A stretch of 17,786 bases of DNA from positions 1-17,786 of the forward strand of contig JBDNIV010000019.1 in the NCBI GenBank assembly GCA_041688145.1, given 5' to 3'. This document shows, in pieces, positions 8,406 through 14,817 of this stretch. A program made the position numbers and the translations under genes. Every line of letters begins with the position of its first letter. Position 1 is the stretch's first letter. The stretch is from Chlamydiia bacterium. Its GTDB lineage: Bacteria > Chlamydiota > Chlamydiia > Chlamydiales > JAAKFQ01. The notes under the pieces are model-generated. The model was not told where the DNA came from. It saw only the letters and a program-made list of their open reading frames with translations, and searched no databases.

Positions 8406-8956
8406 GCCTCTCTATTGCTTCAGGATTTTTTAAAGGCAGAAAGCTTGCCTCTCCTCCTTCTAGTATCACACGACCTACCTCATCGCTTGTACGCGACGCT
8501 CTTTTCAATAGCCTACAAAGAGAAATAGATGAGTCCGAATTTTTAGATCTTTTTGCCGGATCTGGAGCTATGGGCTTAGAGGCGCTTAGCCGGGGAGCAA
8601 AAGCTGCCACTTTTGTAGAAAGCCATAGGCTAGCTATAGCCTCGATTAAGAAAAATATTGAAACGCTTGATGTAGCAGAAAAATGCTCTGTGATTTCTCA
8701 AAAATCAGAAAAGGCATTAGAGGCTTTAGAAAAAAAAGGCAAAAGCTTTGATATTATCTTTGCTGATCCTCCCTATGCAAAAAAAGATCTATATGATGAC
8801 GTCATACGTTTTATTGATCAAAAAAATCTTTTAAAAAAGAGCGGTTTTTTTTGTATTGAAACTCCTATAGATTTTGAAGCCCCACTACTAGAGTGCTTAA
8901 AAAGCGTGCGCTCAAAAAGATACGGAAGCACAAAACTTATTTTTTATACATTTTAG
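8402..8956 (+). CDS. rsmD: 16S rRNA m2G966 methyltransferase RsmD
   Basis: IASGFFKGRKL, TRPTSSLVRDALFN, FLDLFAGSGAMGLEALSRGA and FDIIFADPPY motifs. ATGA overlap with the VWA gene stop. Confidence 0.95.
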   Translation: MSLSIASGFFKGRKLASPPSSITRPTSSLVRDALFNSLQREIDESEFLDLFAGSGAMGLEALSRGAKAATFVESHRLAIASIKKNIETLDVAEKCSVISQKSEKALEALEKKGKSFDIIFADPPYAKKDLYDDVIRFIDQKNLLKKSGFFCIETPIDFEAPLLECLKSVRSKRYGSTKLIFYTF

Positions 8957-9094
8957 TATTTTTAAATATCTTTTATCTCTCGTTAATCAATAAAAATAAT
9001 TTTCAGCACATTTAGTCCTGCATCTATTGCAATAAAACACCATTCTTGCAAGAATATTGCTTTTAATTTTATTAAGACCTGAAGGATTTTGGTT

Positions 9095-10579
9095 ATGGCA
9101 TCAAGTATAGGACACAAAATAAGTTTTAATGCCGCAACAGCAGCTCTTTTCTATGGCACAGGGAAACTCGCCTACTGGACAGCTGCCAAAACTGCAAACC
9201 TAAGTTATAGCTACTTGCTTGCTCCTGTTTTTAGATCAATTGCAACACACTCTCCTAATATCTTAAAAAAAGGAGCTGCTCCCGTAGGAGATTTAGCTGG
9301 ACGCATTGGATGTGGCCTCTATAGCGCTATCCCAGGCGGCCGCCTTATGACGCTGGCTAAAGTAGTAGTTGCTGCAAGCAGCGCTTTTTATTTCCGAAAA
9401 GCAGCTTTAGAGTTAGCAGGCCAGCTCACTTTATCGTCAGCTCATACTTTAAATTTTAGTAGCGCCACTCAAAAAAAATTAATGAACCTTTTTATTCGCT
9501 GCGGCATTCTTGAAAAAGGCTGCATAGGTGCAGTTGACGCCCTTTTTGGGAAAGATCTGTCTAAAAATCCTGAGAAACAGTCTAAAAATCCCGAAAAACA
9601 CTTAGCCAATCTTCTTATTAAGAATCATTTTTTAGATGCCTTTGAAGCCTTGTTAGATCATGCTATTTCCGTAAAAGACACTTCTAATGCTCTGCCTGAT
9701 TTTAAAATTGAGGACCTGTCTAATGATCTTGGAATAAATAACACTGCAAACAAAGCAGCGGGGCTTATACAAAGGTCCATAGAAAATGATCTTGGATGGT
9801 TCTCATTAACAGAGACTAAGTTGCCAGGGTTGAGTAGCAACCCTTCTAAAAAACGATCCCTAGTTAATTGGGCAATGCAGCACAACTGCTTGGACTTTGT
9901 AAAGTGGGTAGAATCCAGAGGTGCTGATATGGAATATGTCGAATCAGCTTACACAGCAGCTGCCTCAGGGTCTTGCAAGACCCTAAGCCATCTTCTCACT
10001 TCTTTAGGAGAAGAATGGCCTGCAGATAAAAGAGCCTTCAATGCTGTCTGCAGCCAATTATGGTACCATGCTGCGCTTAGCAACAATTCTAAAATTATAA
10101 CCACACTATCCGGAAGTACAAACGTATCTAAAGAGGCTCTACATGTTTTGCTCCCTGATCTACATGTAACCCCTTTACAATACGCCTTATGCTGTGGAAG
10201 CTCTGGTACCATTGAAGCTCTAGATGCAGTCGTTGAGAATTATGCTCAAGATACGGAGCTTGTGCAAGAGGTAGCATCACTTCATTTGAATGCTCCAACA
10301 GTCCCTCCTACAGAACTCACACAAAAGCTTCAGTGTGAGATTGGTGATACACCCCTTATGCTACTTATACGTCGTATTAAACATGAGGCTGGAAATTCCA
10401 CAGAAAATACAGCTCTTATAGCTATTGCCTCAATTTGGATTAAAAAACTCAGCCAAGAAGACTTATCAACAAAAAACAGAGAGAAATGCAACTCCCTTAC
10501 ATTAGCAACCCTCCTACTTGGCAAATATACTCGCCTTACAAACGCGATTCGCACAAAACTTGAGCCTGAAGAAGGATAG
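9095..10579 (+). CDS. Hypothetical protein with degenerate ankyrin-like repeats and hydrophobic N-terminus (candidate effector)
   Basis: Ankyrin-like segments SLVNWAMQHNCLDFVKWVESRGAD, VTPLQYALCCGSSGTIEAL, GDTPLMLLIRR and KNREKCNSLTLA. ATG 9095 lies 8 nt after GAAGGA (9081-9086) and is preferred to TTG 9089. Confidence 0.65.
   Translation: MASSIGHKISFNAATAALFYGTGKLAYWTAAKTANLSYSYLLAPVFRSIATHSPNILKKGAAPVGDLAGRIGCGLYSAIPGGRLMTLAKVVVAASSAFYFRKAALELAGQLTLSSAHTLNFSSATQKKLMNLFIRCGILEKGCIGAVDALFGKDLSKNPEKQSKNPEKHLANLLIKNHFLDAFEALLDHAISVKDTSNALPDFKIEDLSNDLGINNTANKAAGLIQRSIENDLGWFSLTETKLPGLSSNPSKKRSLVNWAMQHNCLDFVKWVESRGADMEYVESAYTAAASGSCKTLSHLLTSLGEEWPADKRAFNAVCSQLWYHAALSNNSKIITTLSGSTNVSKEALHVLLPDLHVTPLQYALCCGSSGTIEALDAVVENYAQDTELVQEVASLHLNAPTVPPTELTQKLQCEIGDTPLMLLIRRIKHEAGNSTENTALIAIASIWIKKLSQEDLSTKNREKCNSLTLATLLLGKYTRLTNAIRTKLEPEEG
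9560..9601 (+). repeat. In-frame 21-bp tandem duplication encoding SKNPEKQ-SKNPEKH
   Basis: tctaaaaatcctgagaaacag / tctaaaaatcccgaaaaacac, 18 of 21 identical. Confidence 0.85.
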
Positions 10580-10629
10580 TCCCAAAATCTAAAAAAGCTC
10601 TAGTAAAGGATTACTCTCTAAAGCCTCTT

Positions 10630-10675
10630 AAAAGCGCCTTTTATCAAGGAAAATATTGATAAGGGCGCTTTTTTT
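10630..10675 (+). terminator. Intrinsic terminator, possibly bidirectional
   Basis: AAAAGCGCCTTTTATCAA-loop-TTGATAAGGGCGCTTTT running into a T-tract, with an A-tract on the left. Confidence 0.85.
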
Positions 10676-10702
10676 ATCTCTATAGAAAACAAACGCTAAA
10701 TC

Positions 10703-10732
10703 TGGTAAAATAATAGCCTGACTTCTGGAGAG
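10703..10732 (+). promoter_or_regulatory. Probable extended -10 (TGgTAAAAT) and Shine-Dalgarno-like GGAG for dedA
   Basis: TGGTAAAAT at 10703-10711 directly after the terminator; GGAGAG at 10727-10732 before ATG 10735. Confidence 0.5.
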
Positions 10733-10734
10733 TT

Positions 10735-11352
10735 ATGGACAGTATTATAGCCTTTATCTGTGAACATGCTCAACATGCTCACTTTGTGATCTTTACACTC
10801 CTAATATTGGCCGGCTTCTGCGTGCCGGTGAGTGAAGATCTTATGATTGTGATCGGCGCTGTGCTCGCTGCTACTGTGGTGCCACACCACACTATAGAGC
10901 TCTTTTTAGCTGTTTTCTTAGGAAGCTACCTCTCTGACTGGATCGCTTATGGACTTGGGCGCTTTGGGGGAGGCAAGCTTATGGAGAAAAAATGGTTCTC
11001 TAAAAGCCTGAAAACTAAGCGCTTAGCAAAAATACAACACTTTTATAAGCGCTATGGCTTTTGGACATTGCTTGTAGGTAGGTTTATTCCTTTTGGAGTA
11101 AGAAACGCTCTATTTATCACAGCCGGCCTTGGAAAAATGCCCTTTAGCCGATTCTTATTAGCTGATGGCTTAGCTTGTATTACCTCTAACTCTGTCTTAT
11201 TTTTCTTTGCCTACAAAATGGGGCAAAATTACGAGACGCTGCTAAACGGTCTTAAGTGGTTCAATATGGGACTTTTTGCATTTTTCGCTGTGGCTGTAAT
11301 TGGGGTGATTTGGTATAAGAAAAAGACTCGAAAAGAAAAATCTTCTACTTAA
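10735..11352 (+). CDS. dedA: DedA family membrane protein
   Basis: PVSEDLMIVIGA, GSYLSDWIAYGLGR, FYKRYGFWTLLVGRFIPFGVRN and AGLGKMPFSRFLLAD motifs; several TM helices. Confidence 0.93.
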   Translation: MDSIIAFICEHAQHAHFVIFTLLILAGFCVPVSEDLMIVIGAVLAATVVPHHTIELFLAVFLGSYLSDWIAYGLGRFGGGKLMEKKWFSKSLKTKRLAKIQHFYKRYGFWTLLVGRFIPFGVRNALFITAGLGKMPFSRFLLADGLACITSNSVLFFFAYKMGQNYETLLNGLKWFNMGLFAFFAVAVIGVIWYKKKTRKEKSST

Positions 11353-11368
11353 GACAACCCGCTGTACT

Positions 11369-11890
11369 ATGCAACTATTTTGCAACTGTATTTCCTTACT
11401 TAGAGTGCCTTTGGCTTTCTTGCTTTTAACCCCTCTTCCTTGGGTTCGCCTTTCAGCTATTGCTCTTGCTATGGCAACAGACATCTTTGATGGATACCTC
11501 GCGCGTAAGATGAATGCTACCTCAAAAATAGGGGCTATTTTAGATCCACTTACTGACAAGTTCTTTGCTCTTTTTGCTCTTAGTGTGTTTTTTATGGAAT
11601 CAAAGATCTCAGGGCTTGAGGCCTGCGCGTTTCTATCTAGAGATATTTTTCTAGCTGCGTTTGCTGTTTATCTGACGCTTTCTAAAAATTGGGGAAGGCA
11701 AAAGATCTTGTCTCTTACATGGGGAAAGGTATCTACTTCATTTCAGCTTCTCGCGCTTATGACACTTGCTTTAGGCTTCCGTCTGCCTTCTTTAAGCTAC
11801 AGCATTTTTGTCGCCTTTGGAGCACTTGCTTTCAGGGATTTTTACTCACACCTGCAAAGACAAAAAGCAGGCATAGAGCCTAAGGCTTAA
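11369..11890 (+). CDS. pgsA: CDP-alcohol phosphatidyltransferase (PgsA-like)
   Basis: Family signature TDIFDGYLARKMNATSKIGAILDPLTDK, N-terminal NCISLLR, and WGKVST. Exact substrate cannot be determined from sequence. Confidence 0.85.
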   Translation: MQLFCNCISLLRVPLAFLLLTPLPWVRLSAIALAMATDIFDGYLARKMNATSKIGAILDPLTDKFFALFALSVFFMESKISGLEACAFLSRDIFLAAFAVYLTLSKNWGRQKILSLTWGKVSTSFQLLALMTLALGFRLPSLSYSIFVAFGALAFRDFYSHLQRQKAGIEPKA

Positions 11891-13638
11891 CCAAGTATAG
11901 GCCAGTTACGCTCATCCTCTAATACAATTTGTCCGAAAGGACTCTTCTTAGCATCATAACCGACTCTATCATTGCGGTGATAGCCAAGGCTTATTTTATA
12001 AGCATTAAAATCAGCATCCATGCCCCCATAAGCCTCTACATGCTGATCTAACCAGAGATACAGAGAAGCGTTCTCAGGATTGGTCGCAAGATTGTAACTT
12101 CTAACTTTAGGCCAATGAGCAATCAAGTGTGAGGCTGAGCTAGACTCTAGCGCCTGATCTAAAAGCTTTCGCAGCTGTCCTTTTGTAGCTGAGCTAATAA
12201 GCTCTTTTTCAAGCAAATGCCATATAAATCCCTCATGAGCAATAGATAAAAAGTTCTGGGTGATAAGCATCTTTTGCTCTAGAAAAAGGCGCACATGTAA
12301 ACTTAAAAATCCACGCTCCCACAAATCAAAAATAAGAGCATCTTTAAAAAAGCTAGTGCGGTCTGGTCTACTCAGAAAAAATCGCTTAGAGATTTCCATC
12401 TGATTTATAGGAAAATCAGAGCTTTTTACAAGCTCTTTTAAGACTTCAAATCCATACATATCGATAAAGCTTTCAAGAGAAATTCGATAGAAATAAAGAG
12501 CTGGAAGGGCTAAGCGCTTATAGCTTGTGCATATTTGATTGAGCTCTTGCATATGATGATCCCAATTACTTTGCAAATCTGATATAGCATTTTCAAAAGT
12601 CTTTTCCACTTCTAGCTTCTCTTTTTCTATGTGAGCATTGATCACTTCATAAAAGCAAGCTGAATCAAAACCTTTTTCTAAAAGCCCTTCTGCATCTAAA
12701 GCTTGTATGTCACTAGGATGTGCTTCAAAAAAACCTGCGCTTAATTTCTGCCCTAAAGCCTCTTTTTCTTTTTCAATCTGCATAAGAGCCTCTTTTTTCT
12801 TCACGCATATCTTTTCTAATTGCAGAGTAGAGTCCCGTTTAAAAAGCGCATAATTTGCAGCATGCTCTTTGATAAAGGTACGAATGCCGTCTATTTCTTT
12901 AGGCACTAGATGGTGTTTTTCAATAAGATCTGAGTGCTCAAAAAGAAGTTCTGCTTCATCCCAAGCGCCCTTCATAAAAAGCTGCTCTTGTAAAGATGTA
13001 GATTCTTTAAATATTCCAAGCTCTAAAAGCTCAAAAAGCCCAAAGCTACACATCTCATGAAAATTTACGCACTCTCTTAAAAAAAGTGACTCTATTTTCG
13101 CCTTATCTTCTTTTGTAAAAAATCCGTTTTTCAAACACTCAGTAAGAAAAAGTCTTTTTTTAGGCTCGCGAAACATTGCGCCCTCTTTAAAAAATCGGTC
13201 TGAAAACTCTTCTTGAGTGATGAGGGGAGAGGCGCCTTCAAAGCTTGGCCCATACTGCTTAAAGCGCGCAAAACCATGCTCGTGGATATAGGCGTCTAGG
13301 CTCATCGTTTTACCTTGAGCATGGTAAACAGCTCGCCTTTCACTATAAGGATAAAAGCTCATATCAATACGAAAGGTAGCTACAAAAACAAATGAGCATA
13401 AGGTCGCACAACCAGCTGCAAGTGTGAAACAACTTGCGTAAAGTAAAGCCCCTGATCCTACAGCAAAAGTAGCGCCTAACAATTTAAGTGCAATGAGTCC
13501 CATTTGAGCTGTTTTCATATCTGCACTGAGAACAATGTCTTTTGGCGTGAAGTACGGCGCGGTCATATCTACTAGATCACCCGAGTAATTTACAGATGTC
13601 TCAACAAATGAAAGTTTATCTTGAATAGTAAAGTCCAT
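11887..13638 (-). CDS. Hypothetical 583-aa protein with Inc-like bilobed hydrophobic domain, coiled coil and a duplicated ~150-aa domain
   Basis: Long ORF with a consensus promoter upstream. Hydrophobic aa ~47-89; K/E-rich helical region aa ~270-370; internal similarity between aa 112-263 and 386-537. Stop overlaps the pgsA stop by 4 nt (TTAA). Confidence 0.75.
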   Translation of the reverse strand: MDFTIQDKLSFVETSVNYSGDLVDMTAPYFTPKDIVLSADMKTAQMGLIALKLLGATFAVGSGALLYASCFTLAAGCATLCSFVFVATFRIDMSFYPYSERRAVYHAQGKTMSLDAYIHEHGFARFKQYGPSFEGASPLITQEEFSDRFFKEGAMFREPKKRLFLTECLKNGFFTKEDKAKIESLFLRECVNFHEMCSFGLFELLELGIFKESTSLQEQLFMKGAWDEAELLFEHSDLIEKHHLVPKEIDGIRTFIKEHAANYALFKRDSTLQLEKICVKKKEALMQIEKEKEALGQKLSAGFFEAHPSDIQALDAEGLLEKGFDSACFYEVINAHIEKEKLEVEKTFENAISDLQSNWDHHMQELNQICTSYKRLALPALYFYRISLESFIDMYGFEVLKELVKSSDFPINQMEISKRFFLSRPDRTSFFKDALIFDLWERGFLSLHVRLFLEQKMLITQNFLSIAHEGFIWHLLEKELISSATKGQLRKLLDQALESSSASHLIAHWPKVRSYNLATNPENASLYLWLDQHVEAYGGMDADFNAYKISLGYHRNDRVGYDAKKSPFGQIVLEDERNWPILG

Positions 13639-13647
13639 AACCCGGGC

Positions 13648-13676
13648 AGTTTAAAGGCAGCCGCTTCGATTGTCAA
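13648..13676 (-). promoter_or_regulatory. Sigma70/sigma66-type promoter TTGACA-N17-TAAACT for the 583-aa gene
   Basis: Minus strand reads TTGACA (13676-13671) atcgaagcggctgcctt (17 nt) TAAACT (13653-13648) gcccgggtt ATG (13638). Confidence 0.8.
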
Positions 13677-13718
13677 TTTTTAGCTATCAGTTTTTATTCC
13701 TTTAAAAACATTTTCTTA

Positions 13719-13727
13719 TGCTAAGAT
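13719..13727 (+). promoter_or_regulatory. Possible extended -10 (TGcTAAGAT) for sohB-polA
   Basis: TG at 13719-13720, TAAGAT at 13722-13727, 7 nt before ATG 13735. Confidence 0.45.
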
Positions 13728-13734
13728 CTGGATT

Positions 13735-14772
13735 ATGAGGAATTCAATATTTGGCAGCTTTTTCCGCGTACTTTTTGGAACACTCGGCTTAGCCGTAGCA
13801 CTTTTCATCGGTCTTTTTCTATTTGGCGCTCTTTCTCGGTTTTCTGCAGAGCCCATCGAGCCTAATTTGATGACATCGCCTGTGATCTATCGTGACGCTC
13901 TAGGGATGCATAAGTTTGATCAATCAAGCCCTATTATTTTACGCCTGAATATCACAGGTATTATCGGAATGGGCGATCTTCGCGCTGAACCTATGCGCGA
14001 GATACTCAACGCTTCAAGAGAAGGCTTTTTTAATGGCCGAACTAAAGCAATTCTTCTAGAGATCAACTCACCTGGAGGCTTAGCTTCTGAGTCGTATGCG
14101 ATTTATGAAATGCTTATGAAATACAAAAACAAATTCCATATGCCTATTTATGCTCATGTGAATGGACTATGCGCATCAGGCGGCATGATGATTGCATGCA
14201 GCGCTGATAAAATCTTATCTAACCCCTCTGGAATTATAGGTTCTGTAGGTGTGATTATGGGCCCTGCTCTAAACTTCTACGACCTGATGCAAAAATACGG
14301 CATCCAGTCTAAAACATTGACTGCAGGAAAAGATAAAGATGCGTTGAGCCCTGTACGTAAGTGGGGGCCTGATGAAGGCGACTTTATTCAAAAAAGCGTT
14401 AATGCTGAGTACAACCTCTTTTTGGATATTGTGACAAAAGCGCGGCCTCGCTTAAGCCGAGATAACCTCATTCACGATTATGGTGCGAATATTTTTTCAC
14501 CTGAAGATGCCCTTCAGCATGGCTATATTGATAGCATCGTTCCAAGCTATGAATCTGCCTTATCAAAGCTCGCTAGTGAGGCTCAACTAGGTGAGCACTA
14601 TCAAGTCTTAGGCATTCGCATTAGACGCTCTGCTTTAGGGGGGATTTTAGATGCTTTATCTGGGCAGCCAGGTCGGCCTGGCTACAAAATTACCCATGAG
14701 ATACAATCTATCTCAAATCTTCCTGAAGAGTTGCAAGGCAAGCCGTGTTACCTTTATACAGGTTCTAAGTAA
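13735..14772 (+). CDS. sohB: S49 family peptidase (SohB/SppA-like), N-terminally membrane-anchored
   Basis: N-terminal TM helix; AILLEINSPGG, CASGGMMIACSADKI, GIIGSVGV and AGKDKD match the S49 Ser/Lys peptidase pattern. Position before polA fits recalled chlamydial gene order. Confidence 0.88.
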   Translation: MRNSIFGSFFRVLFGTLGLAVALFIGLFLFGALSRFSAEPIEPNLMTSPVIYRDALGMHKFDQSSPIILRLNITGIIGMGDLRAEPMREILNASREGFFNGRTKAILLEINSPGGLASESYAIYEMLMKYKNKFHMPIYAHVNGLCASGGMMIACSADKILSNPSGIIGSVGVIMGPALNFYDLMQKYGIQSKTLTAGKDKDALSPVRKWGPDEGDFIQKSVNAEYNLFLDIVTKARPRLSRDNLIHDYGANIFSPEDALQHGYIDSIVPSYESALSKLASEAQLGEHYQVLGIRIRRSALGGILDALSGQPGRPGYKITHEIQSISNLPEELQGKPCYLYTGSK

Positions 14773-14817
14773 GCTTCTTGAAGAACTTTTAGTACCCTGT
14801 TTACTCCTTTGAATTTT

